A stretch of DNA of 64,000 nt from an uncultured cyanobacterium. Lineage in GTDB: Bacteria; Cyanobacteriota; Cyanobacteriia; PCC-9006; JAAUQQ01. The stretch's first letter is position 1; every line of letters starts with the position of its first letter. Shown here piece after piece: positions 22,027-30,969 of the stretch. The stretch covers positions 4,736,001 through 4,800,000 of the forward strand of contig OY970368.1 of assembly GCA_963718615.1 (NCBI GenBank), in the 5' to 3' direction. Position numbers and translations under genes: made by a program. The notes under the pieces were generated by a model, which worked only from the letters and a program-made list of their open reading frames with translations, made no database searches and had not been told where the DNA came from.

Positions 22027-24627
22027 TTAGAGATTCGGCATGGGGACCCGGAGCCCTAGGGTTGCAATATCCCCGGAATAGGAGCTGTCCGCTTCAATCG
22101 TCACGGGTTGGACCTGCCAAATCTCGTCGCAGTATTCCTGGATGGTGCGATCGGACGAGAACTTTGCCATCCGCAAAGCATTCAGGATCGACATGTGGGT
22201 CCATTTGTCGCGATCGCGATAGGTCTCACTCACCCGATCCTGACAGTCGATATAGTCCTGATAATCCGCTAGGAGCATATAAGTGTCGTCATAGACCAAG
22301 GAATCCACCAGCGGACGGAAGAGCTCCGGCTCACCTGGTGAGAACAACCCTGAGCCAATTTGATCTAGGACCAGCTTGAGGCGAGGGTTGGCTTCGTAGT
22401 AGTCGCGAGGGCAATAGCCCTGGTGCTTGAGCTTATCCACACCTTCGGCGGTGAGGCCAAACAGGAAGAAGTTTTCTTCGCCGACCTCTTCGCGGATTTC
22501 GATATTGGCTCCATCCAGGGTGCCAATGGTGAGGGCTCCATTCATCGAAAACTTCATGTTGCCTGTACCGGAGGCTTCCTTACCTGCGGTGGAAATTTGC
22601 TCCGACAGATCCGCTGCGGGGTAAATGCGGTGACCTTGGGAGACGCTAAAGTTGGGCAAAAAGACAACCTTGAGTCGTCCTCGCACATCGGGATCGCTGT
22701 TGACTAGGGCGGCGATCGCGTTAATCAGCTTAATCTGCAACTTCGCCATGAAGTAACCCGGCGCGGCTTTGCCGCTAAAGATAAATGTCCGGGGGACAAT
22801 ATCTAGCTCAGGGGTTTGCTTGAGGCGGTTGTAGAGCGTGACGATGTGAAGCGCTGCCAGGAGCTGGCGCTTGTATTCGTGAATTCGCTTGACTTGAACA
22901 TCGAACAGGGAGTTGGGATCAACTTCGATGCCGGTGTTCTTACAAATGTGTTCGGCGAGGAGCTGCTTGTTGTAGTGCTTGATCTGCCGCCAGCGATCGC
23001 AAAACGCCGAATCATCCACCATCGGCTCTAGGGCCCGCAGTTTATCCAAGTCCCGTAGCCAAGCTTCACTGCCCAGATGTTCGGTATAGAGCTGCGACAG
23101 CTCCGGATTGCTCAGGAGCAGCCAGCGGCGGGGCGTCACGCCATTGGTTTTGTTGAAGAATTTTTCGGGCCAGAGATCGTAAAAATCCTTGAGCGTAGAT
23201 TGTTTCAGTAGCTCCGTATGCAGGGCTGCCACGCCATTGATGGCATGACTCCCCACACAGGCCAAATGGGCCATCCGAATGGATTGATTCGCCCCTTCTT
23301 GGATAATCGATAGCCGAGACACGCGCTCGTCATCACCGGGATACCAGTGGCGCACATCTTCCAGGAAGCGATGGTTGATTTCGTAGACGATTTCTAGAAT
23401 GCGCGGCAGCACCCGGCCAAACAGCTCCACTGGCCAACGCTCCAGGGCTTCAGGCATCAAGGTGTGGTTGGTGTAGGCAAAGGTTTTCTGGGTGATTTTC
23501 CAGGCTTGATCCCAGTCGATGCCGTGTTCATCCACCAGCAACCGCATTAGTTCCGCGACGCCGACGGTGGGGTGCGTGTCATTGAGCTGAACCGCAAAAT
23601 GCTCGTGGAAATTGCTGAGATTGGCATTCACCTTGAGGTGGTTCCGAACCATGTCCTGCAACGAAGCCGACACAAAGAAATATTGCTGCTCTAAACGCAG
23701 TTCTCGTCCCTGGGGGGTGTTGTCGTTGGGATAAAGAACCTTGGAGATATTTTCGGAGACGAGCTTATCTTGGACGGCGCGATCGTAATTGCCCGCATTA
23801 AACGCGTCAAAATTGAATTCGTCGCTGGCTTCCGCCTTCCAGAGCCGTAGGGTGTTCACCGTATTGGTGCGATAGCCAGGCACTGCCGTATCGTAGGGAA
23901 CCGCCACGACCGTCCGTCCGGGGATCCAGGACACATGCAGCTCGCCCTTGGCATTCCGATGGACCTCGGTATAGCCCCCCAGCTTGACTCCCACCCGCTC
24001 CTCATGGCGCATCAGCTCCCAGGGGTTGCCAAACTTAAGCCATTGGTCAGGGATTTCTACCTGCCAGCCATTGCGAATAATCTGATGGAAAATCCCAAAC
24101 TCGTAGCGAATGCCATAGCCAATGGCGGGGATCTCCAGCGTTGCCAAGGAATCTAAAAAGCAAGCGGCCAACCGTCCCAAACCGCCATTGCCTAAGCCGG
24201 GATCGGCCTCCGTTTCCAGCAAATCATCAAGTTCCAGACCAGAGGCTTCTAGGGCTTGCTGAACCGTGTCATACAACCCTAGGTTGATCAGGTTATTGCC
24301 GAGATAGCGCCCCATCAAAAATTCTGCTGAAAGGTAGCAGACCACTTTGTGTTGGCTATCGATATAGACCTTTTGGGTTTTGAGCCAGCGCCGTAGGAGG
24401 CGATCGCGCACCGTATAGGCCAAAGACTCATAATAATCCGATGCCGTGGCCGTCTCTTCCGACCGACCAATCAAGAAAAACAAATGATCGACAAAGGCCC
24501 GCCGCAGCGCCTCAACGCTGGTCCCGGTGCGATCGTCCTCCACCTGAATTTGCACAGTGTTGCCCTTAGAGTCGCAAGCACCCACAGTGGTCAATTCAGT
24601 TCCGTTCGGGAAAGGGGTCTGAGTCAT
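22027..24627 (-). CDS. glgP: Glycogen phosphorylase
   Basis: GLGNGGLGRLAACF, QVKRIHEYKRQ, EASGTGNMKF (PLP lysine). Confidence 0.98.
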   Translation of the reverse strand: MTQTPFPNGTELTTVGACDSKGNTVQIQVEDDRTGTSVEALRRAFVDHLFFLIGRSEETATASDYYESLAYTVRDRLLRRWLKTQKVYIDSQHKVVCYLSAEFLMGRYLGNNLINLGLYDTVQQALEASGLELDDLLETEADPGLGNGGLGRLAACFLDSLATLEIPAIGYGIRYEFGIFHQIIRNGWQVEIPDQWLKFGNPWELMRHEERVGVKLGGYTEVHRNAKGELHVSWIPGRTVVAVPYDTAVPGYRTNTVNTLRLWKAEASDEFNFDAFNAGNYDRAVQDKLVSENISKVLYPNDNTPQGRELRLEQQYFFVSASLQDMVRNHLKVNANLSNFHEHFAVQLNDTHPTVGVAELMRLLVDEHGIDWDQAWKITQKTFAYTNHTLMPEALERWPVELFGRVLPRILEIVYEINHRFLEDVRHWYPGDDERVSRLSIIQEGANQSIRMAHLACVGSHAINGVAALHTELLKQSTLKDFYDLWPEKFFNKTNGVTPRRWLLLSNPELSQLYTEHLGSEAWLRDLDKLRALEPMVDDSAFCDRWRQIKHYNKQLLAEHICKNTGIEVDPNSLFDVQVKRIHEYKRQLLAALHIVTLYNRLKQTPELDIVPRTFIFSGKAAPGYFMAKLQIKLINAIAALVNSDPDVRGRLKVVFLPNFSVSQGHRIYPAADLSEQISTAGKEASGTGNMKFSMNGALTIGTLDGANIEIREEVGEENFFLFGLTAEGVDKLKHQGYCPRDYYEANPRLKLVLDQIGSGLFSPGEPELFRPLVDSLVYDDTYMLLADYQDYIDCQDRVSETYRDRDKWTHMSILNALRMAKFSSDRTIQEYCDEIWQVQPVTIEADSSYSGDIATLGLRVPMPNL

Positions 24628-24736
24628 AATTCCTCATCAAATGCAGTAGATACGGTAACCGGCGGCCAAGCCTGAGCTTTAACCGCCGGACAGATCTAGA
24701 GAGCAATCAAAGCAGCAAAAGCGAAAAATACAGTCG

Positions 24737-25777
24737 TTAGGCTAGGGCTAACGGAAGCTCTGCTTCGCGGGCTGCCATGCTCAACAACAGATCGATCATT
24801 CGGTTAGAGTACCCCCACTCATTGTCATACCAGGCCAATACCTTGAAAAACTGCTCATTTAAGGCCAAACCGGCCCCGGCATCAAAGATGCTGGAATGGG
24901 GATCGGAGGTAAAGTCAGTGGAGACAACTGGCTCATCGGTATAGCCCAGAATGCCTAAGAGTGGGCCTTCAGCTGCTTGGCGCATCGCTGCACAGATGTC
25001 TTCATAGCGCGTCGAGCGCGTCGTTCTAAAGGTCAGATCGACCACCGAAACATCCGGCGTGGGCACACGCAGAGCCATTCCTGTTAACCGACCTTTGAGC
25101 TCCGGCAATACCAGCGTAACGGCTTTGGCGGCTCCCGTCGACGCCGGAATAATATTCTGACCAGCCCCGCGTCCCCCGCGCAGATCCTTCTTAGAAGGAC
25201 CATCCACCGTCGGCTGAGTCGCGGTTGCCGCATGGACTGTGGTCATCAGCCCCTCTTCTAGACCAAAGTTCTCCTGAATGACTTTGGCGATGGGAGCTAG
25301 ACAATTTGTCGTACAACTCGCATTGGAGACAATCCGATGGATACGGGGATCAAAATTTTGATGGTTAACCCCCATGACAAACGTGGGAATTTTCTCCGGC
25401 TCCTTCGTGGGAGCAGACAGCAGAACGCGCTGGGCCCCAGCCTTGAGATGCTGCGATGCCCCTTCATAGTCCGTAAATAATCCAGTTGCTTCAATGACGT
25501 AATCAACGCCCAAGTCACCCCAAGGAATATGGACAGGATGACGATGATCGCAACAGGTAATGAAGCGATCGTTCACCACGATTCCGTTGGGAAGCACTTC
25601 AACTTTTCCCTTAAAACGTCCGTGAGTTGAGTCGTATTTCAGGAGATAGGCAAGATTCGCGGGAGGATAGAGGTCATTAATTGCAACAAACTCAATGTCG
25701 GGGTTTTGAATACCGGCCCGAAAGACTAGTCGTCCGATCCGGCCAAAACCATTGATGCCTACCTTGACAGCGGCCAT
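24737..25777 (-). CDS. gap1: Type I glyceraldehyde-3-phosphate dehydrogenase (Gap1-like)
   Basis: [46 protein letters not shown]; adjacent to glgP. Confidence 0.92.
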   Translation of the reverse strand: MAAVKVGINGFGRIGRLVFRAGIQNPDIEFVAINDLYPPANLAYLLKYDSTHGRFKGKVEVLPNGIVVNDRFITCCDHRHPVHIPWGDLGVDYVIEATGLFTDYEGASQHLKAGAQRVLLSAPTKEPEKIPTFVMGVNHQNFDPRIHRIVSNASCTTNCLAPIAKVIQENFGLEEGLMTTVHAATATQPTVDGPSKKDLRGGRGAGQNIIPASTGAAKAVTLVLPELKGRLTGMALRVPTPDVSVVDLTFRTTRSTRYEDICAAMRQAAEGPLLGILGYTDEPVVSTDFTSDPHSSIFDAGAGLALNEQFFKVLAWYDNEWGYSNRMIDLLLSMAAREAELPLALA

Positions 25778-25903
25778 GGACTGAACTCCGTAGAAAAAAT
25801 AATGGAACGTATGGAAAAAACGCGGGATTTGGAGTCAGTGTATCCAGGGTCACGATGGGGATCGCAGGTCGCTCTATGTTTCTTTGGATTAGTTAGGAAT
25901 TAG

Positions 25904-27343
25904 TTAGAAATTCTCTGGGTTTTGTTTACGTGCTTGAAGTTTGAGCACGACCTCGGCATGCACTTCGCGGGTAATAGGATAAAAGTAGGCCAAAACGATC
26001 CCACAAAGCAACGAAAGCGTTGGTAATGGACCAATAGCCATGCGAATGGCCTGGAGTGCAGAGTCCGGCTGGACGGGTAGGGCCTCGCCAGGACCTGCTT
26101 TGAGAAAGCCTGCGCTCTGAAGGGAGAGACCCACGAGAAAAAGCCCTAGGGCAAGACCAAACTTTTGCAACAAAACCATAAAGCCATAGAAAACCCCTTC
26201 CCGCCGTTGCCCCGTTTTGAGTTCATCTAACTCAATAATGTCAGGAATCATGGACCAGGGCACTAAGTAAGCCGTTGAAACGCCAAACCCGGCCATCACC
26301 GCTAAGGCATACATCAGTCCCACCTGGCCAGGGCGCAATAAAAACAAACCAATTTGGGCAATAATCCACAGCCCCATCCCCATGAAATAGACCACTTTTT
26401 TGCCCAGCCGTTTGCTGACTTGGCTCCAAACAAACAGCATGAGCAAGGCTGTTCCTTGCACCGCGATCATCACAGTGGCAAAGTCCGCCTGCCGAAGACC
26501 CATGCAATTCACCACAAAATAGGGAATGATGCTAGCGGTGATCTGTACGGCGAGCCAGGAGCAAAGGTAGATGCCAATGACATAAAGAAATGGCACATTG
26601 CTAAAGGCGATTTTGAATTGCTGAAACAGGGGAATTTCCGTGTCCTGATTGGCTTGAATGCGTTTGGCCTCAAAGGCAAGCGCCCGTTTGCGAACCCCAA
26701 AGACACACCAGTAAAGGGCTAGGGTGGAGATGACACTGGCGATCGCCGCCAACACCAAATATTGCAACTCGCGCTGCTCTTCAGGTATGACGATAAAGAT
26801 GACTTGAACCAGCAGTAGAGATAAAATACTCCCCCCAATCGAAAACGCAAACCGAAAACTATTTAATTGAGTGCGCTCGTCGTAATCCTGGGTCAACTCC
26901 GGCGTCATGGCCGTATAGGGCAGGTTCACAACGGTGTAAAACGCCTGGGAAATTGCTCCGACGATCACGTAGTACCAGAACAATGCCCAAAGATTAGGCG
27001 TTCCTCCCCCAAAACGGGGCACGATCCAGAGCAAAAAAGCAGAAAAGCCAAAGGGAATGGCTCCATAGAAAAGCCATGGTAATCGTCGTCCCCATCGCCG
27101 CGACTGCGTTTTGTCTGTCAAGACCCCCACGATGGGATCATTGACGGCATCCCAGATTTTACTGATTAAAAGGATGCTGCCTGCCAATCCCGGTGGAATA
27201 CCTGCCACATTGGTAAAAAACACCAACTGCAAGAAAATGATGATGTTGGCGGTAATGGCAGGACCCAGGTCTCCAGCCCCAAAGGCCAGTTTGGTCCACA
27301 AACTGAGGGGAGGATCTATGGAATGAGAAGCAGGCTGCGTCAT
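25904..27343 (-). CDS. MFS transporter, glycoside-pentoside-hexuronide (MelB-like) family
   Basis: WDAVNDPIVG..TD, WGRRLPW, PELTQDYDERT, GQRREGVFYG. Confidence 0.92.
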   Translation of the reverse strand: MTQPASHSIDPPLSLWTKLAFGAGDLGPAITANIIIFLQLVFFTNVAGIPPGLAGSILLISKIWDAVNDPIVGVLTDKTQSRRWGRRLPWLFYGAIPFGFSAFLLWIVPRFGGGTPNLWALFWYYVIVGAISQAFYTVVNLPYTAMTPELTQDYDERTQLNSFRFAFSIGGSILSLLLVQVIFIVIPEEQRELQYLVLAAIASVISTLALYWCVFGVRKRALAFEAKRIQANQDTEIPLFQQFKIAFSNVPFLYVIGIYLCSWLAVQITASIIPYFVVNCMGLRQADFATVMIAVQGTALLMLFVWSQVSKRLGKKVVYFMGMGLWIIAQIGLFLLRPGQVGLMYALAVMAGFGVSTAYLVPWSMIPDIIELDELKTGQRREGVFYGFMVLLQKFGLALGLFLVGLSLQSAGFLKAGPGEALPVQPDSALQAIRMAIGPLPTLSLLCGIVLAYFYPITREVHAEVVLKLQARKQNPENF

Positions 27344-27436
27344 CGAAACCTCCGAGAGACCCCGCGCCTTCAGGCCGGGGAGGGATAGGAGCGCGACCGT
27401 GAGGGAGCAATAATTTAGCGGCTCTCACAGTCAATG

Positions 27437-27445
27437 TACTATAAT
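27437..27445. promoter_or_regulatory. Overlapping divergent -10 boxes inside the IS left end
   Basis: + strand TATAAT at 27440-45, 6 nt before the tnpB ATG; - strand TATAGT at 27442-37, facing the MFS gene. Confidence 0.55.
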
Positions 27446-27451
27446 GTGAGA

Positions 27452-28621
27452 ATGACACAAAAGGCATTCCGATACCGCTTTTATCCAACCGCTGAGCAGG
27501 AAGATTTGCTCAGACGGACGATGGGTTGCGCTCGTCTGGTCTACAATCGCGCCTTGGCTGAAAGAACTCAAGCTTGGTACGAACGACAGGCGCGGGTGGG
27601 GTATGCGGAAACCTCTGTCATGTTGACCCTGTGGAAGAAAGAAGAGGAACTCTCCTTTCTCAATGAGGTCAGTTGTGTGCCCCTGCAACAAGGGCTGCGG
27701 CATCTCCAGAAAGCGTTTACCAACTTCTTTGCGGGTCGGGCAAAGTACCCAAAGTTCAAAAAGAAGCGGAATGGTGGCAGTGCTGAGTTTACCAAGTCGG
27801 CGTTTAAGTTCAAGGAGGGTCAGGTGTTTCTGGCCAAATGTTCTGAACCCTTGCCGATTCGGTGGAGCAGGCAGCTTCCAGAGGGTGCTGAACCCTCTAG
27901 CATCACGGTAAAGTTGACGCCCTCGGGGAAGTGGTTTGTCAGTCTGTTGGTGGACGTGGATATTGAGCCATGGCCGGTTAGTCTCCTGAAAGTGGGGATT
28001 GATTTGGGCATCAACAGCCTGATAGCCCTGAGCACGGGTGAAAAGGTGAACAATCCCAAGTCGTTTAGAGCTAAGCACAAACGACTGAAGAAGGCTCAGA
28101 AAGCGTTGGCACGAAAGGAGAAGGGCTCGAACAACCGTTACAAAGCGCGGTTGAAAGTTGCCCAAATCCATGAAGAGATTGCTAATGCCCGCAAGGATTT
28201 CCTTCACAAGCTGACGACGCGATTGGTGCGCGAGAACCAAACGATCGCCATCGAAGACTTGGCTGTGAAGAACATGGTGAAAAACCCCAAGCTGGCGTTG
28301 TCGATTAGTGACGCGAGTTGGGGAGAATTGGTCAGGCAGCTTGAATACAAGTGCGAATGGTACGGCAGGGAACTGGTCAAGATTGACCGTTGGTTCCCCA
28401 GTTCTAAACGCTGCTCCAACTGTGGGCACGTCGTCGAAAAACTGCCGTTGAATATTCGTGCTTGGGATTGTCCGAACTGTGGTGAACATCACGACCGGGA
28501 TATCAATGCTGCTGTGAACGTATTGGCCGCAGGACTTGCGGTGTCAGTCTGTGGAGCGACTGTAAGACCCGAACAGAGTAAGTCTGTGAGGGCAGGTGCT
28601 ATGAAGCAGAAAGCCTCCTGA
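27452..28621 (+). CDS. tnpB: RNA-guided endonuclease TnpB
   Basis: KAFRYRFYPT HTH; RuvC triad GIDLG, AIEDL, DRDINAA intact; zinc ribbon CSNC/CPNC; start taken as MTQKAF. Confidence 0.96.
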   Translation: MTQKAFRYRFYPTAEQEDLLRRTMGCARLVYNRALAERTQAWYERQARVGYAETSVMLTLWKKEEELSFLNEVSCVPLQQGLRHLQKAFTNFFAGRAKYPKFKKKRNGGSAEFTKSAFKFKEGQVFLAKCSEPLPIRWSRQLPEGAEPSSITVKLTPSGKWFVSLLVDVDIEPWPVSLLKVGIDLGINSLIALSTGEKVNNPKSFRAKHKRLKKAQKALARKEKGSNNRYKARLKVAQIHEEIANARKDFLHKLTTRLVRENQTIAIEDLAVKNMVKNPKLALSISDASWGELVRQLEYKCEWYGRELVKIDRWFPSSKRCSNCGHVVEKLPLNIRAWDCPNCGEHHDRDINAAVNVLAAGLAVSVCGATVRPEQSKSVRAGAMKQKAS

Positions 28622-28684
28622 GTGATCCGGAGAATCCCCCTCCTTCAGGTGGGGGAGTAGTCAAAGGAGATCCCAATTCGCTAG
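28515..28684 (+). ncRNA. Predicted TnpB omegaRNA/reRNA (scaffold to 28664; guide from flanking 28665-~28684)
   Basis: Known TnpB layout: scaffold overlaps the tnpB 3' end and right-end hairpin, and the guide (AGGAGATCCCAATTCGCTAG) follows TCAA; 5' boundary approximate. Confidence 0.65.
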
Positions 28685-28800
28685 GGGGGAGTAAAAAAGA
28701 TGACTCGTCTCAAACAAGCCCCCTCATCGTCATTCTTCGGGCTTTGCCCCCTGTCAAGTGGCCTTAAAGTAGCCCTGAAAAAGCGTTCTCAGCGCAGCAA

Positions 28801-29241
28801 CTAACTGGGGTCACAGCGAATTTCTAACAAAAAGCCATCCGGATCATAGAAATAGATGCCGCGTCCCGTTGGTCGAGTGACTGGTCCGTGGTCGATGGGC
28901 ACTTGATTGGCTTGAAGAACGGCAACGGCTTGATCAAAGAGGGTAGGGTCAATGTCAAAAGCCAGATGATTGGCTCTTGTAAATTGTTGTGTCGGATCGG
29001 GGTGGGGAGGGTGTAAATCGGGCTCCGCAAACAGGTCTAGGATTGCACCATTGGGCAATCGAAAATTGCTGACTTTGCCCGCTGCCACTAGTGATTTAAG
29101 GGTTTCTGGGACCTCGTCTCCTTGCAGCTCATGGAGCCCCAGTAGGTCACCATAAAAGGCGCGCGAGTCATCTAGATTCGCCACATTAAGAGCCACATGG
29201 TGGAAACTGCGGAGGATTCCGGCTGCAAGGGTCGGGACCAT
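28801..29241 (-). CDS. VOC/glyoxalase-family protein
   Basis: FHHVALNV..L..SRAFY, NHLAFDI, YFYDPDGFLLEI. Confidence 0.9.
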   Translation of the reverse strand: MVPTLAAGILRSFHHVALNVANLDDSRAFYGDLLGLHELQGDEVPETLKSLVAAGKVSNFRLPNGAILDLFAEPDLHPPHPDPTQQFTRANHLAFDIDPTLFDQAVAVLQANQVPIDHGPVTRPTGRGIYFYDPDGFLLEIRCDPS

Positions 29242-29266
29242 GACGGTTTGCTGGAGATTGAAACAA

Positions 29267-29680
29267 CTAGCGGGGGATTTCTAAAACCCAATTGCGATAG
29301 CTTACCCCTCGGACATTGAAATCCTCGGCTTTGGGGGTATAGCCCGGTTGGAACTCTAGCACCACTCGCGCTGTTCCGGGTTCGAACTGGCCTAGACGAA
29401 TTTCCTTCAGCCTGCCACTAGTTTGGGGTTCGGTTCGGGGGTTTTGGATCCGAATTCCTGGCAAATCCAACACAACCCGTGTGGGGTTTTGTAGGAGCAT
29501 GGCCTTGGGAATGACGTCCTTGCTGGTTTCGACCTGAAAGGTATTAGAAGCAGGGTTAAATCGATATTGGGTCACAAAATTGGCTAAGGCGGGGCCGGAC
29601 ACCGTTATTCCTGCGGTCATCATTCCGATGCCTAGAGCACCTATTAGCGATCGCTGTAGCTGCATGGTCATATTCCTCAA
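29267..29680 (-). CDS. Secreted AMIN-domain protein
   Basis: Signal peptide; LQNPTRVVLDLPG and IRLGQFEPGTARVVLE. Confidence 0.85.
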   Translation of the reverse strand: MRNMTMQLQRSLIGALGIGMMTAGITVSGPALANFVTQYRFNPASNTFQVETSKDVIPKAMLLQNPTRVVLDLPGIRIQNPRTEPQTSGRLKEIRLGQFEPGTARVVLEFQPGYTPKAEDFNVRGVSYRNWVLEIPR

Positions 29681-29917
29681 TCGCTCAATCAGCTTCTTTC
29701 AAGGCGGTTATAGTCTCACAAAAGTTCCCGCACAAGGGGGAATGGAACCCATTTTGGTGAGAAAATTTTCAGTAGTTTCAGGGGTTTTGATCCTCCCATA
29801 AAGCCGCAGAATAAACAGAAAGTTACGGAGAATCCGTAAAGAATGCTCTTTATGGTCTCTTGTCCTGACCGCCCCCCCTTCTGGATGGAAGGAATTGTTT
29901 AGACAAGACAGCCCCCT

Positions 29918-30895
29918 ATGATGACCTTCACACTTCCTGCTGGCAAACTTCCCGCTGGCAAACTTCCTGTTGCTGGCACCTCCTCCTGGGTCTTCACCCC
30001 GACTCTTGCCCTTTGCACCCTTTGCTCTGTCTTCCTGATGACGGCTGGGCCGACGCTGGCCCAAACTCGTTTGCCTCGCCCGACCCCTGCGGGGGCTCAA
30101 ACCACCCCGCGAACGACGAATCTGACCCTGGAACAGTATTTTGTCCGGGGTTTTGAACGGGCCAATCAAGGGGATTATGCCGGGGCGATCGCCGATTTTT
30201 CGTCGGTGGTCGAAATTGTACCCCAGTTTCCCGAAGCCTATTTTAATCGCGGCTTGGCACGGGAGCTGAGTGGAAATCCTATGGGGGCGATCGCCGACTA
30301 TTCTCAAACCCTAACCCTCAACCCCCGCTACGTCCGGGCCTATGTGAATCGAGGCGCGATTTATCTGGATGAAAATAAACTGCGTCAGGCGTTGGCCGAT
30401 TTTGATCAAGCCCTGAAGCTCGACCCTGCCAGCGCCTTAGCGTTGAATAACCGGGGAAATACGTACATGGCACTGAATCGCTATGCGGAAGCCCTCGGGG
30501 ACTACAATCGGGCGATCGCCCTCAACGCCAAGGACGCCACAGCGTTGTTTAACCGGGGCAATGTCTATATGTCTTTGGGACAACGATCGAAGGCGATCGC
30601 AGATTTTAGCTTGGCCCTACGACTCAATCCTGACTACGGCAAGGCTTACACCAATCGGGGACTAGCCTATCACCTTAATGGCGAGGCCCCAAAGGCCATG
30701 GCCGACTGGCAGCAGGCGCTGCGTTTAAATCCCCAGGATGCCTATGCCTATACCAATCGGGCCAAGCTCCAGGAGGAACTGGGTCAGCGGCTGGAGGCGA
30801 TCGCCGACCTACAAAAGGCCGCCGAGATTTTCCTCAACCAAGGCCAGTCCAACCAGCGGGAGCGGATCATGCAGGCGTTGCAGGCTTTGAAATAG
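29918..30895 (+). CDS. Tetratricopeptide-repeat protein with signal peptide
   Basis: About seven AYxNRG...AIADF..AL.LNP repeats. Confidence 0.93.
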   Translation: MMTFTLPAGKLPAGKLPVAGTSSWVFTPTLALCTLCSVFLMTAGPTLAQTRLPRPTPAGAQTTPRTTNLTLEQYFVRGFERANQGDYAGAIADFSSVVEIVPQFPEAYFNRGLARELSGNPMGAIADYSQTLTLNPRYVRAYVNRGAIYLDENKLRQALADFDQALKLDPASALALNNRGNTYMALNRYAEALGDYNRAIALNAKDATALFNRGNVYMSLGQRSKAIADFSLALRLNPDYGKAYTNRGLAYHLNGEAPKAMADWQQALRLNPQDAYAYTNRAKLQEELGQRLEAIADLQKAAEIFLNQGQSNQRERIMQALQALK

Positions 30896-30969
30896 CCTAA
30901 AACAGCCCGAAACAGCCCGAAACAGCGTCGTGATATGGCCTGATATCGCTGAAAGAGGTTGAGTCGGGT

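Larger units (their letters stand above)
27344..28664 (+). mobile_element. Non-autonomous IS200/IS605-family element (tnpB only, IS1341-like)
   Basis: Left end GAGA-CCCCGCGCCTTCAGGCCGGGG hairpin; right end GAAT-CCCCCTCCTTCAGGTGGGGG-AGTAG-TCAA (IS608-like); no tnpA and no target duplication; 5' flank TCAT. Confidence 0.9.

Noticed and set aside
27431-28492. 353-aa antisense ORF inside tnpB as a possible tnpA
   Set aside because: No HUH/Y1 or serine-recombinase motifs; treated as a shadow frame of tnpB
27344-28664. IStron (group I intron-embedded IS) or nuclease-dead TldR
   Set aside because: Only about 108 nt precede tnpB, too short for an intron core, and the RuvC D/E/D residues are intact
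29708-30307. 199-aa - strand ORF
   Set aside because: Antisense shadow of the TPR gene
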